IMG/VR virus record: IMGVR_UViG_3300009503_000020
Coordinates: 32,001-96,000 of that record
Strand: one strand, 5' to 3'
Origin: a virus
DNA: 64,000 nt
The notes under the pieces are model-generated. The model ran no database searches. It saw only the letters and a program-made list of their open reading frames with translations, and was not told the origin of the DNA. Position 1 is the first letter of the stretch, and each line of letters opens with the position of its first letter. Shown here piece after piece: positions 34,861 through 45,522 of the stretch. The translations under genes and the position numbers were made by a program.

Positions 34861-35661
34861 ATGTCTCAAATTAAACTTGACAAGAGTCTCTTTCCAGAGA
34901 AGGAAACTAAACAGAATAATTCAGGAGTTAAAGTTACTCCAACTAATAATGGACTTAGCAAGATACAACCTAACAAGGAAGGACTTACTATCTTATATGT
35001 AGATGTACATGAGCCTCCAGAGATTCCTGAGAGGCTGCAACGAGAGAAAGGAATCTATGTGATAGTCAAGTCTTTACCTGTATCAGATTATTGCTTCTCT
35101 AATATAGGAATAGAGAGGAAGACATTGAATGACTTCTATAACTCTATAGTACATGGAGACAAGCATATCTGGAAACAGATGTTTAACTTAAAACACGCAT
35201 TTGAGAGACCTATACTCATAATAGAGAGATGGGATGATAGTTTCTTATCTTCTCCTGCTGTGGAGAGAACAATTAGAGGAGCTATAGCTAGTATAGTCTT
35301 GATGGGTATTTCTGTGTTAGTGATACCAGGAAAAGGACATAACATTAAACCCTTTGTAGACCAACTAGCATATCTCTTCTATTCATCTGATAAGAAAGCA
35401 TTGTCAATGAGACCTATACCAGAGAAGAGTAAAGAGAAAACTAAGAAAGCTATACTCTCTGATGTATTAAGTATGATTCCTGGATTTGGTAGGCAGAAAG
35501 CAGACTTAATAGCTAGTAAAGTAAATTCTATTGAGGAAGTTTGTAAGATGCCTGATGAAGAACTAAAGAAGCTATGTCCTGGTCTAGGACCTAAGAGACT
35601 AGAGATGCTCAGGTGGATACTCAATGGAAGAGAAAACAAAGAAGAAGAGAAAGAAGCATAA
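34861..35661 (+). CDS. ERCC4/XPF-family structure-specific endonuclease with HhH
   Basis: VDVHE, GDY-like SDY, IERKT..DF..SI, HhH IPGFG and CPGLG. Confidence 0.9.
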   Translation: MSQIKLDKSLFPEKETKQNNSGVKVTPTNNGLSKIQPNKEGLTILYVDVHEPPEIPERLQREKGIYVIVKSLPVSDYCFSNIGIERKTLNDFYNSIVHGDKHIWKQMFNLKHAFERPILIIERWDDSFLSSPAVERTIRGAIASIVLMGISVLVIPGKGHNIKPFVDQLAYLFYSSDKKALSMRPIPEKSKEKTKKAILSDVLSMIPGFGRQKADLIASKVNSIEEVCKMPDEELKKLCPGLGPKRLEMLRWILNGRENKEEEKEA

Positions 35662-35738
35662 ACAAACTTCTCTAGTAGACTATGGGTTCCCTGACAATAT
35701 CCCTACAACTTTGAAGTTAGGACCAGGCGGAAAAGAAG

Positions 35739-38420
35739 ATGAAGAGAAACACTAAAGGTGTCTGGACTGCAATTAAGTATAAAGATGAAGTAGTAGATCC
35801 TAGTCTTTCTGAGACAGATCCTAAGAAGTATAGACCTACAATCTATCTATGGGTTAGAGACACAGACTTAAAGAGACACAGGTTAGCTATCAAAGGATTC
35901 AAGCCATACTTCTATACTATTCCTGCAGTTAAGTCTGATGCAAACTATATCTTTCAGATGCCAGAGATAGAGAAGTATGAGCTAGTAGAGTTTGGAAATA
36001 GAAAGCTATACAGGATCTACACATACATACCTGGTTTTGTACCTAAGATAAAGAGAACTATACAAGCTCAGTTTGCTCAAGCAGCAGTGAGAGAAGCAGA
36101 TGTGCTCTTTGAACTTAGATTTTTAATAGACATGGGGATAAGAGGAGCAATTGACTGGTATGATGAAAGCAATCCAGTACCATTAGAAGAGGATTTGAAT
36201 ATTCCTCTAAGGAAAATATACATAGACACAGAAGTATGGTCTAAAAGACAAGTTAAGCCAGGAAGGATGAGAGCTAATGAATTTATTAAATGCTTAACTG
36301 CTTATGACTCTTATGAGAAGATATATTATACTTGGTATCTCAACGAATATGATTTGAAAGTACAAGAGACAGACTCTTGGAAGATAATCTGGTGTAGAAC
36401 AGTAGAAGAGATGATGAAGGGATTTCTTAACTATGTCAAAGAGAGAGATCCTGATGTAATTACTGGATATAATGTAGACTTTGACCTATTGAATATAAGA
36501 CAGGAAGCACTCAGAAGAGGATTACACACAGAGTTCAATTACTTGTCTGCTTTATCCGATTTGGGTTACTCTGTGGGAAAGGTAGTAACTAAGAAACACA
36601 GAATACGTGGAGTGGACTGGTCTAGGGAAGGACTGTTGCTAGATGGTAGAGAAGTGATAGACATTCTAGACTGTATAAGAATGGTAGCAAGAACACAATT
36701 GAGGAGCTATACTCTTGACTATGTGGTTGAAGTTTTCTTAGGAAAGGAAGAAAAGAAGGTAACCTATCAAGGAAAGCCTATAGCTCCTAATATAGTCAAA
36801 GTGTGGGAAGAAGCACCACAAGTAGTTCTTGAATATAATAAACATGATGTGGAACTAGTAGTGAAACTAGATGGGAAGAATGACTTGATAGGCTTCTTAG
36901 ACCAGTTGAGGAAGACTGTAGGTGTAAGGTTAGAAGATGCTTTCTCTACTCAGAGGATGATAGATACAGAAGCATTGAGAAGAAGGACATTTCCTCTTCC
37001 CTCTAAGTTCTCTAACAAGAAAGATGAGAAACAAAGCTACAAAGGTGCTATTGTAGTTAATCCAGTGATTGGTCTACACAAATGGGTAATCTGCCTAGAC
37101 TACAAGTCTCTATACCCATCTATCATTAGAACATTCAATATAGACACTGACACCTATGTGGTTGATTCCAAGTTTATTCCTAAGAAAGCTGAAGTATACA
37201 AGTTTAGCAATCTTGAAAACACTAAGTCGTGGATCTTCCTCAAGAAGCCTAGAGGTTTGTTCCCAGAGATGCTTGATGACTTCACTGCTTTGAGAGATAG
37301 TTTAAGAAAGCAGATAGAAATAGAGAAAGATCCTGAAAAGAAGAAGTTGCTAGATATCAAACAAGAAGTAATCAAAGTACTTTCAAATGCAGTGTATGGA
37401 GCTTTTGGATACAGGTCTAGGAAGCATAATTTAGAAGTAGCAGAAGCAATTACTGCATTTGGACAGAGGATGATTAGACTAGCAGCAGATATAGCTACTG
37501 AATTAGGAATGCAAGTAATCTATGGTGATACAGATAGTATCTTTGTATGTACAGGAAAGAACAACTATGGAGAAGCATACAATGAAGGGATTAGACTACA
37601 AGATGAAATCATGAGAAGGATACCTAAGTTCACTTATCAGTTTAATGTAGATGAGAAGAACATCTTTGAGATTAAGCTAGAGAAGATATACAGTAAGTTC
37701 TTTATGGCAAAAGGAGCTACAGGAAAAGCTGCTAAGAAGAGATACTGTGGACAAATAATCCTTAAAGATGGGAAGACAAAGTTAGATGTGAAAGGATTTG
37801 ATATCAAGAGAAGTGATACTTCAGAGTTTGCTAGTACACTTCAACAGAAGTTAATTGAGACAGTACTAACAGAGAAATCTAAAGAGGAACTTATTGAGGA
37901 GATAGCTAATGAGTTAAACACCATTGACAAACTCCCGTTTGAAAAGATAGCTGTACCTTCAGCAATCTCTAAACCACTGAGAGGAGGATACAAGAAGAAT
38001 CCTATACAGAAGAGAGCAGCTGAGAATGCTAACAAATATTTGGGAACTCACTATGAGTATGGTTCCAAGCCTCTTAGGTTATACATACAAGTTCCTAGTC
38101 TAGAAGAAGTGTATCCTAGAAGTCACAAGAAAACAGAGGTTGAGAGAAAAGAACTGGAGAAGGAGTTAAAGAATCTAAATGTGATAGCTTTTGATTCTTC
38201 AATTACCCTACCAGAGTGGATTAGAGTAGACTATCCCAGAATGCTAAAGCTGACTGTGAAACCTAAGATAGAGAAATTCCTAGAATCACTAGATATAACA
38301 TGGGAAGAAGTTAAACAGAACTTGAAACCAGAATTGCAAGAAAAAGAAAAGAGAAAGAAGAAGAGAGAAGAACCAAAGACTACTCTTGACCTCTTCTTTG
38401 GAGGAAAGGAAAGTGCTTAG
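35739..38420 (+). CDS. polB: Family B DNA polymerase with 3'-5' exonuclease and C-terminal PIP box
   Basis: IDTE, GYNVDFD, YNKHDV, DYKSLYPS, K...NAVYG, YGDTDS; KTTLDLFF. Confidence 0.97.
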   Translation: MKRNTKGVWTAIKYKDEVVDPSLSETDPKKYRPTIYLWVRDTDLKRHRLAIKGFKPYFYTIPAVKSDANYIFQMPEIEKYELVEFGNRKLYRIYTYIPGFVPKIKRTIQAQFAQAAVREADVLFELRFLIDMGIRGAIDWYDESNPVPLEEDLNIPLRKIYIDTEVWSKRQVKPGRMRANEFIKCLTAYDSYEKIYYTWYLNEYDLKVQETDSWKIIWCRTVEEMMKGFLNYVKERDPDVITGYNVDFDLLNIRQEALRRGLHTEFNYLSALSDLGYSVGKVVTKKHRIRGVDWSREGLLLDGREVIDILDCIRMVARTQLRSYTLDYVVEVFLGKEEKKVTYQGKPIAPNIVKVWEEAPQVVLEYNKHDVELVVKLDGKNDLIGFLDQLRKTVGVRLEDAFSTQRMIDTEALRRRTFPLPSKFSNKKDEKQSYKGAIVVNPVIGLHKWVICLDYKSLYPSIIRTFNIDTDTYVVDSKFIPKKAEVYKFSNLENTKSWIFLKKPRGLFPEMLDDFTALRDSLRKQIEIEKDPEKKKLLDIKQEVIKVLSNAVYGAFGYRSRKHNLEVAEAITAFGQRMIRLAADIATELGMQVIYGDTDSIFVCTGKNNYGEAYNEGIRLQDEIMRRIPKFTYQFNVDEKNIFEIKLEKIYSKFFMAKGATGKAAKKRYCGQIILKDGKTKLDVKGFDIKRSDTSEFASTLQQKLIETVLTEKSKEELIEEIANELNTIDKLPFEKIAVPSAISKPLRGGYKKNPIQKRAAENANKYLGTHYEYGSKPLRLYIQVPSLEEVYPRSHKKTEVERKELEKELKNLNVIAFDSSITLPEWIRVDYPRMLKLTVKPKIEKFLESLDITWEEVKQNLKPELQEKEKRKKKREEPKTTLDLFFGGKESA

Positions 38421-38859
38421 TTTTCCTTGTAGAGCATTTAGAGAGAACAGAGTTGTTTTCTCTAGAGAAGAATTAATAATGAGACTTAATGAAGCTAATG
38501 AGGCAGGGAAGAGTTGTGAGGTAGGGTTCTATGCATTCTCTACTTGGATAAACTTAGAACCAGTCAAAGAGAGTGTAGTGCTAGACAAAGTCATCTATAC
38601 AGGAAAGCAAGAAACTTTAGAGAAGCTAGCAGAGAGAAAGCTAAGAGAAGGAAAAGAGTCTGTGCTTATATGGGATGGAGAGAGATACCTATTATTTGTA
38701 AGAGAAGAAGTAGATTCAATAGAAGGACTAGCAAAGAAGAAAGAGCCAGGAGCAGATGTAATAACTAATATAGAGGGCAAATTCACGTTCCCAGGCTTTA
38801 GGAATCTTAAAAGTGGTCAAATGAGCAAGATAATCAAGAAGTGGAGATTCAATGACTAA
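38413..38859 (+). CDS. Degenerate archaeo-eukaryotic primase (PriS-like) fold protein, catalytic motifs missing
   Basis: FP.R...R.V.S.EE, FY.F..., DKVIY (no DxD), FPGFRNLKSG; SD GGAGG before GTG 38413. Confidence 0.45.
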   Translation: MLSFPCRAFRENRVVFSREELIMRLNEANEAGKSCEVGFYAFSTWINLEPVKESVVLDKVIYTGKQETLEKLAERKLREGKESVLIWDGERYLLFVREEVDSIEGLAKKKEPGADVITNIEGKFTFPGFRNLKSGQMSKIIKKWRFND

Positions 38860-39895
38860 AGTCTGTTGGATATCTGATTTTCCTCTCAGAGGCAGTTCTT
38901 TTGGTAATGTAACTTATGAATTGCTTACAAGGATGCCTAAGGATTACTACTTTGAAGTGCTTAGTCTAGGATATGAAGGTATGCCTCTTAAACTAACAGA
39001 TAACATAAGAATATTTGAATTGAAGAAGGCCTATCAGTTAAGGTATTACTACTCTAAGTTTAAACCAGATACAACTGTAGTATTTCATTCATTCTGGTTA
39101 CTTAACTCAATTGCAAATGAAATGGAAGCAATGACAGGTAAGAAGATCCTATACATACCAGTAGAGGGAGAAGAGGTTCCTTTTGAATATAGAAAACACT
39201 TCTTCTATTTTGACACTATAGCAACACCTTCTGAATACTCCAGGAAAGTTTTAAAGAAATCAGGAATAAATGCAAGTGTAGTTCCTCATGGAGTAGATAC
39301 TGCATTCTTCACACCTAAACCTAAAGTATGGCATGAGTTTAGATTTGGATATCTAGGACTAAATGACATTAGGAAACAGGTACCAAGAGTAATGGAAGCA
39401 TATGCCAGACTTGGACAAGGGACTCTTGTAATTGCAGCAGAGAAAGAAGGACATTATGACTTGCCTAACCTAGCTAAGCAATACAATATATCTCCTATAT
39501 TTGTAGAAGCTAAGTTGAATGGTCTAACTCTCAATAGAGAAGCAGTTAGAGACTTCTTGCAATCTCTAGATGTATACATTTCACCTGCATCAGAATCATT
39601 TGGCTTACCTGCATTAGAAGCACAAGCTTGTGGCATCCCAGTTATAGCTCTTGAACATGGAGCATCTAAAGAAGTCTTAGGCAATGGAGCAGTGTACTGT
39701 GGAGTAGCTGATCTCTTAGAGACAAGTATAGGAAAGATAGGTCTGATATCTGTCTCTGATCTATATAGGAAGATGAGATTCCTTATTCAAGTAAAAGAAG
39801 CTTATGAGAAGACAGCAAGTAAAGCTCTAGCTAATGCTCAGAACTGGACTTGGGAAAATGCTGTAAAGAAACTAACAGAGGTATTAGAGTCATGA
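38852..39895 (+). CDS. GT-B glycosyltransferase (GT4-like)
   Basis: VPHGVD, ESFGLPALEAQACG.PVI. Confidence 0.9.
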   Translation: MTKVCWISDFPLRGSSFGNVTYELLTRMPKDYYFEVLSLGYEGMPLKLTDNIRIFELKKAYQLRYYYSKFKPDTTVVFHSFWLLNSIANEMEAMTGKKILYIPVEGEEVPFEYRKHFFYFDTIATPSEYSRKVLKKSGINASVVPHGVDTAFFTPKPKVWHEFRFGYLGLNDIRKQVPRVMEAYARLGQGTLVIAAEKEGHYDLPNLAKQYNISPIFVEAKLNGLTLNREAVRDFLQSLDVYISPASESFGLPALEAQACGIPVIALEHGASKEVLGNGAVYCGVADLLETSIGKIGLISVSDLYRKMRFLIQVKEAYEKTASKALANAQNWTWENAVKKLTEVLES

Positions 39896-40266
39896 ACTTA
39901 GAAGGTATTAATTTGAAAGGAGTAAAACATCTAGATGCTAGGTTAAGAAAAAAGAAGAACAGTCTCAACTTAGAAGAAATGTGGCAAAGAATCCTTGGCT
40001 CAGGTTACTATCAGCCATTCTGTCCTCTTTGTGGTGAGCCATTGAAATTAACTGATTGCACAATAGAGTATGAACTTGCTCCGGGCTTAGGAAAGAAACA
40101 TTTCTTGTGGCATTTAAGGACAGCTACACCTACAATAATAGTTAAACTTAGATGTCTTCACTGTAATGTAGAGATAAAAGGACAAGGTTATGGACTTTCT
40201 TATGACAGTGAAGGAATAGCCTTTGAATCTCTGCGTATGACTTCTATAGATAAAAAGGAGGAATGA
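39892..40266 (+). CDS. Zn-ribbon protein
   Basis: CPLC...CLHC; ATGA coupling. Confidence 0.55.
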   Translation: MNLEGINLKGVKHLDARLRKKKNSLNLEEMWQRILGSGYYQPFCPLCGEPLKLTDCTIEYELAPGLGKKHFLWHLRTATPTIIVKLRCLHCNVEIKGQGYGLSYDSEGIAFESLRMTSIDKKEE

Positions 40267-40544
40267 AATTGGAAGAAAAGAAAGAAGACAAAGTAAGATA
40301 TGTGCAAGGTTGGCGTTGTGAGTTCTGTGGAGAAATATATTCTACTAAAGAAGAAGCAGAGACATGTTGGGAGAGACATGTACAGTTTGAGATACAGCCA
40401 CTGTTCTCATTAAATGAAGAGTTCCCTACTGAAGTCCTAGTAAAGAAAATAGAGGGTAACTACTACACTGAAATAGCAACATATGAACTAGCTAAGAAAG
40501 AGAAAGTAAGCATCGAAAGGAAAGTGAGAAAAGAAGATGAGTAA
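40263..40544 (+). CDS. C2H2-like Zn-finger protein
   Basis: CEFCG.IY.....A..C...H. Confidence 0.55.
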   Translation: MKLEEKKEDKVRYVQGWRCEFCGEIYSTKEEAETCWERHVQFEIQPLFSLNEEFPTEVLVKKIEGNYYTEIATYELAKKEKVSIERKVRKEDE

Positions 40545-41823
40545 ACCAACAGAAGCTAAGGTAATAGAACAAACTATAGCTCAAGATATAAAAGAGAATC
40601 GTACTTGGAGAGACATGAGAATACTATGGCATTCAGTAGCACCTTATATCAATTCTGGCTATGGCACTGTTACTCGTGAGTTTATGACAAGACTTTTGAA
40701 TAAAGGCTTTGTAGGCTTCATATCAGCATATTATGGAATACAACCAGGAGGAATGTTAAATTGGCATGGACTATATGTCCTACCAGTTCAAAAGACTTCT
40801 TCAGATCAACTAGGATTTGAATCTGCTATTGAACACTACAAAAGATTCAAGTGTGACCTGGGAGTTTTTCATGCTGACTTTTGGGTATCATATCAGTTTG
40901 CTAAGAAGATACCTTATACTCTCTGTTACTCCCCTATAGATCATGAACAGTATCCTGATAAATGGTTAGAAATCTTAAGGACTTACAAGTGGGTAGCTGT
41001 TCCTTCACGACATGCTGAGAAGGAACTAAAGAAATCAGGGATAGAAGCAACCTTTGTTCCTCATGGTGTAGATATAAAAGAATATCATCCACTAGATAAA
41101 AAGACAAGCAGGCAAGCATTCTCACTAAATCCAGAAGACTTCATAATTGGAATAGTTGCAGCTAACAACGATGAGGAGACCAGAAAAGCTTGGGATGCTA
41201 ATTTCTTGGCAGTTAAGTACTTCCTTGATAACAATCCAGATGCTAAGAAAGATGTAAAAGTAGTGATACATACAGACCCTACTAATGAAAGAGGGAGAAA
41301 CCTCTATGAACTAGTTGATCAAGTAGGAATAGGAGAACAAGTTATTTGGAATGACCGCTACTTTGCTTCTCTTTTGACATTTCCTTCTTCAGTAATGTGT
41401 AAGCTATACAACTGTTTTGATGTGTTTCTCTTGTTATCTAGGAGAGAAGGATTCTGCATTCCTGCACTTGAAGCACAAGCATGTGGAGTACCTTGCATAC
41501 TTAATGACTTCTCTGCACTCTCTGAAAGAAATGACTATGGTAGAGTAGGGTGGCTAGTAAAACCGAGTGCACTAGTCTATTCTCCACTGAATGCAATTAC
41601 TTCTATTCCTGATCCTTACGGAGGGGCGAAGGCTCTTGAAGAAGCATACAATAATGAATCTAAGAGAAAGTTGTATGCAAAGAGATCACTTGAATATGCT
41701 AGACAACAGACATGGGATATAGCTATTGACAAGTACATGATGCCTCTTCTAGAGAGAATAGGAGAAGAAATTCCTTCTCTAACAAGTAGAAAGGAGGCTA
41801 GAAAGATTGCAGGAAACACCTAG
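40537..41823 (+). CDS. GT-B glycosyltransferase (GT4-like)
   Basis: VPHGVD, EGFCIPALEAQACG.P. Confidence 0.9.
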   Translation: MSKPTEAKVIEQTIAQDIKENRTWRDMRILWHSVAPYINSGYGTVTREFMTRLLNKGFVGFISAYYGIQPGGMLNWHGLYVLPVQKTSSDQLGFESAIEHYKRFKCDLGVFHADFWVSYQFAKKIPYTLCYSPIDHEQYPDKWLEILRTYKWVAVPSRHAEKELKKSGIEATFVPHGVDIKEYHPLDKKTSRQAFSLNPEDFIIGIVAANNDEETRKAWDANFLAVKYFLDNNPDAKKDVKVVIHTDPTNERGRNLYELVDQVGIGEQVIWNDRYFASLLTFPSSVMCKLYNCFDVFLLLSRREGFCIPALEAQACGVPCILNDFSALSERNDYGRVGWLVKPSALVYSPLNAITSIPDPYGGAKALEEAYNNESKRKLYAKRSLEYARQQTWDIAIDKYMMPLLERIGEEIPSLTSRKEARKIAGNT

Positions 41824-42628
41824 AGTAATGATATGTCTACTAGTTAAGAATGATGCCAAGCATCTTCCTCAATTTCTGAATGCAATGAAGAACTTAGACT
41901 ATCCAAAAGACAAACTTAGATGGATATGGATATATGGTAAGTCTGTTGATGACACCCTGGACATCATTCTTGAGTTTCATAAGAAAGAACCTTATAAGTA
42001 TGAAGTCTATGAAGAACCTGTCTTTGAGAGACTACTACCAAATGCCCTTTATGTTGCTAGACTCTGTAATGAATTTAAGAAGATGTATCAAGGAGAAGAG
42101 TATGTTCTCTTTGCTGACTCTGATATAGTAGAAATGCCTCCTGAGACACTAAAAGAACTGATAAGAGTAGATAAGGACATAGTAGCTCCTTATGTGTACA
42201 GAAGAACTTCAGATGGAGAGGAGTTCTTCTATGACACCTATGTCTTTCGTTGGCATGGTTGGAAGTTTGAACATGTAGAATGTAAAGGAGTTGTATATGG
42301 CTATGAAAAACCAGTATTTGCTAATGAAAAGCAACCTGTTGAATTAGATTCAGTAGGAACATTTCTCTTGATCAAAGGAGAAGTGTTCAAGAAAGTTGAT
42401 TGGGATAATCCAGCTCCACACTTACAATTCTGTAAGAATGCTAGGAAAGCAGGATATAAAGTGTGGGCTCTCCCATATCTTAAAATATACCATGCAGATG
42501 TGACTCAAGAAGAGTCACCACACTACTCATTAGAATGGTATGCACAACACGATATGATACCCTTTGAGGAACTATACAAGGTCGGATATGTGAAGAAAGG
42601 AGGAAAACTTGTTCTGGAGACGTGGTAG
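41807..42628 (+). CDS. GT-A glycosyltransferase (GT2/Anp1-like)
   Basis: LDYPK, LFADSD, DIVAP, ELDSVGTFLLIK. Confidence 0.8.
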   Translation: MQETPRVMICLLVKNDAKHLPQFLNAMKNLDYPKDKLRWIWIYGKSVDDTLDIILEFHKKEPYKYEVYEEPVFERLLPNALYVARLCNEFKKMYQGEEYVLFADSDIVEMPPETLKELIRVDKDIVAPYVYRRTSDGEEFFYDTYVFRWHGWKFEHVECKGVVYGYEKPVFANEKQPVELDSVGTFLLIKGEVFKKVDWDNPAPHLQFCKNARKAGYKVWALPYLKIYHADVTQEESPHYSLEWYAQHDMIPFEELYKVGYVKKGGKLVLETW

Positions 42629-42655
42629 TTTGGACAAGAGAAAGGAGGGAAAAAA

Positions 42656-43099
42656 ATGAGACCTAAGGAGCAGATCCTTCAGTTCTTACAAGAAAAAATA
42701 CAAGATAGTAATTGCAGTTTGTTAGATGTAGGTGCAGGAGAAGATTTTGTTAGGAATGTATTTATTAACACAGTTAGTTTGGACATTAGAGGTAAACCAG
42801 ATGTGAAAGCTGATGCTCACTTTCTTCCTTTTAAATCTAATAGTTTTGATTATGTCATAGGCATATCTGTAATAGAGCATTTAGAGAATCCTGCTATAGC
42901 AGTGAGAGAAATGCTAAGAACAGCAAGAATAGCCGTTATCCTTTGGACTGATTTTACACAACACGATATGGAAGCTGATCCTGAACATAAGTATTGCTGG
43001 ACACCTAAAGTCTTCCAGCAGTTTCTTAACATGTTTGGTTATCAATCTAAAGCAGAAGTGTGGAGAGACTTTGCACTTGTTGGAATCATATGGAAGTGA
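42656..43099 (+). CDS. Class I SAM-dependent methyltransferase
   Basis: LLDVGAG, DAHFLPF..NSFD.V, IEHL..P. Confidence 0.88.
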   Translation: MRPKEQILQFLQEKIQDSNCSLLDVGAGEDFVRNVFINTVSLDIRGKPDVKADAHFLPFKSNSFDYVIGISVIEHLENPAIAVREMLRTARIAVILWTDFTQHDMEADPEHKYCWTPKVFQQFLNMFGYQSKAEVWRDFALVGIIWK

Positions 43100-43103
43100 G
43101 AAA

Positions 43104-43847
43104 ATGAAAACAGTAGTCTTGATAACTGGTGGAACGAAAGGAGTTGGAAAGTGGATAGCAGAGGATTTTGCTAAATCTTTATCAGAAGTTGTCTTAGTGC
43201 TGAACTATAAATCAGACTATGGCACAGCACTCCAGACTGAGGAAGAATTAAGACAGATGAGTAATGCAGAAATAATGTTATACAAAGCAGACATAAGAAA
43301 CGAAGATGAAGTAGAGAAGATGGTAGATGTAATTATAAAGACTTATGGAAAGATAGATGTGCTGATAAACAATGCTGGTGTAAACAAGGATGCTGTTACT
43401 TGGAAAATGGAGAAGAAAGATTGGGATGAAGTCATAAATACTAATCTCACAGGAGCATTCTTATGTACCAAACACGTATTGCCACACATGAGACAAGCTT
43501 GCTTTGGAAGGATAATCAATATCTCTTCTGTTGTTGGACAAATGGGAGTCTTTGGAACATGTGCTTATTCAGCAACAAAAGCAGGACTTATAGGATTTAC
43601 TAAGACAGTAGCTAAAGAAGTAGCAAATAAGAATATAACGGTGAACTGCATTGCATTAGGATATGTTCAGACAGGAATGAGTATGAGAATAGATGAAGAG
43701 TTAAGGAAAGCTTATGAGAAGAATATTCCTTTAGGAAGATTTGCTACTAAAGATGAAGTTACTGGGATTGTGCTATTTCTATGTTCAAAGGAAGCTAGTT
43801 ACATAACAGGACAAGTAATCAATGTAAATGGCGGGTGTTATATGTGA
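43104..43847 (+). CDS. SDR reductase, FabG/PhaB (acetoacetyl-CoA reductase)-like
   Basis: TGGTKGVG, NNAG, GRIINISSV.GQ.G.FG, YSATKAG. Confidence 0.9.
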   Translation: MKTVVLITGGTKGVGKWIAEDFAKSLSEVVLVLNYKSDYGTALQTEEELRQMSNAEIMLYKADIRNEDEVEKMVDVIIKTYGKIDVLINNAGVNKDAVTWKMEKKDWDEVINTNLTGAFLCTKHVLPHMRQACFGRIINISSVVGQMGVFGTCAYSATKAGLIGFTKTVAKEVANKNITVNCIALGYVQTGMSMRIDEELRKAYEKNIPLGRFATKDEVTGIVLFLCSKEASYITGQVINVNGGCYM

Positions 43848-44422
43848 TGAACAAACTAGGAATGAAATACTACACAGAAGATGAACTTAGAAAGATGGGC
43901 TTCAAGTCAGTAGGAAAAGATGTACGAGTAGGAACTAGGGCTATTATTCGAGACCCTTCCATAGTCTCAATTGGAAACCATGTAGCAATAGATGACTTTG
44001 TTGTTATTCTAACAACAGTTGATATAGGTAATTATGTACATATAACAAGATTCACAAGCATCTCTGGTTCTAGAGATAGTTACTGTAAAATAAGTGATTA
44101 TGCTGGCATTTCTGAAAGATGCTCCTTAATATGTGGTACAGATGACTTCTCTGGAGAATATCTTGCTAACCCAACTATACCGATAAAGTATAGGAAAGTG
44201 ACTAATGGTAGGATAATACTTGAGAAGTATGTACAACTAGGAGCCAATGTAACTGTACTTCCAAACGTGACTATAGGAGAAGGTACTGCAGTAGGGGCAT
44301 GCTCTCTTGTAACTAAAAGTCTAGACCCATGGGGTATCTATATAGGAATCCCGGTCATAAGGAAAAAAGAAAGAAGTAGACAGATGGTTGAATTAGCTAA
44401 AGATTTGGAGGCAAGTAAATAA
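43844..44422 (+). CDS. Left-handed beta-helix sugar N-acyltransferase (AntD-like)
   Basis: Hexapeptide repeats; YTEDEL..MGFKSVG, IDDF, DDFSGEYLANPTIP. Confidence 0.85.
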   Translation: MMNKLGMKYYTEDELRKMGFKSVGKDVRVGTRAIIRDPSIVSIGNHVAIDDFVVILTTVDIGNYVHITRFTSISGSRDSYCKISDYAGISERCSLICGTDDFSGEYLANPTIPIKYRKVTNGRIILEKYVQLGANVTVLPNVTIGEGTAVGACSLVTKSLDPWGIYIGIPVIRKKERSRQMVELAKDLEASK

Positions 44423-44442
44423 GAAACTAGAAGGGATTAGAA

Positions 44443-45522
44443 ATGAAGAAACAAATACACTGGGCTGAACCTAGAATAGAGGAAGAAGAAATAGAAGCTG
44501 TCAAGGAAGCAGTTAAGTCTACTTGGATAGGAGGAAATGGACCTCTAGTTAGGCAATTTGAAAAAGAACTAAGTTCTCTTCTTGGAGTTAAGTATGCAAT
44601 TGCAGTCAATAATGGTACATCTGCTTTGCTATGTGCTATGCAAGCATTGAGAGAAGCTAAGTATCCAATGAGATTTCTAGTTCCTACACTAACCTTCTTT
44701 GCTACTGGAGCTACTGTACATGAGATGAGTGAGAAAGGACTGTCTTATCTTATAGACTGTGATAGGAAGACATTCAATATACTAACAGACTTAAGCTTCT
44801 ACAGAGGAGTACCAATAGTAGTTCCAGTTGATGTAGGTGGACTTCCTGTAGACTATGATGAACTAAGAAAGAATGAGAAGATAATGCTAGCTGACTCTGC
44901 TGAAGCATTAGGATCTAAATACAAAGGAGAATATGTAGGAAAGCAAGCAGACATTCACACATTCAGTTTCCACTCTGCTAAAGTAATAACTACTGGAGAA
45001 GGAGGAGCAATAACTACTAATAACAAAGAACTTTATGAGATGATGAAGTCTATTGCTAATCAAGGATATGGAAAGAAAGAGTGGTATGAATATAGGCATG
45101 AAAGAATAGGTTTCAATTATAGAATGCCTGAACTTCAAGCAGCACTAGGTCTAGTCCAGTTAAAGAAACTAGACAGGTTCGTTAGAGAACGAAATGAGAA
45201 GGCTAAGACATATAAAGACATCCTTGGAGACTTAGTAGAGTATCAGCATGTGCCTAAATGGGCAACACACAACTACTTCTTGTTTATTATACTAGTTAAG
45301 AACAATGTGAAACTTTGTCAGGAACTTAAGAAAGAAGGAATAGAAACTAAGACGATGTGGATACCTCTTCACAAACAACCTCCATTTGACAGGAATGCAC
45401 ATCTTGAAAATGCAGAAGAGGTAGCTAACCATGGATTAACACTTCCTATACATAACAATCTGTCTGAAGAAGATGTGAAGGAAATAGCTCAAGTAGTAAG
45501 GAGACTGATCAAGAATGAGTGA
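44443..45522 (+). CDS. DegT/DnrJ/EryC1/StrS aminotransferase (perosamine synthase/LegC-like)
   Basis: NGTSAL, DSAEALGS, FSFH.AKVITTGEGG, GFNYRM. Confidence 0.93.
   Translation: MKKQIHWAEPRIEEEEIEAVKEAVKSTWIGGNGPLVRQFEKELSSLLGVKYAIAVNNGTSALLCAMQALREAKYPMRFLVPTLTFFATGATVHEMSEKGLSYLIDCDRKTFNILTDLSFYRGVPIVVPVDVGGLPVDYDELRKNEKIMLADSAEALGSKYKGEYVGKQADIHTFSFHSAKVITTGEGGAITTNNKELYEMMKSIANQGYGKKEWYEYRHERIGFNYRMPELQAALGLVQLKKLDRFVRERNEKAKTYKDILGDLVEYQHVPKWATHNYFLFIILVKNNVKLCQELKKEGIETKTMWIPLHKQPPFDRNAHLENAEEVANHGLTLPIHNNLSEEDVKEIAQVVRRLIKNE

Noticed and set aside
38544-38768. Nested alternative-frame ORF inside the primase-like gene
   Set aside because: Short, with no motifs and no SD, unlike the intein-nested nucleases
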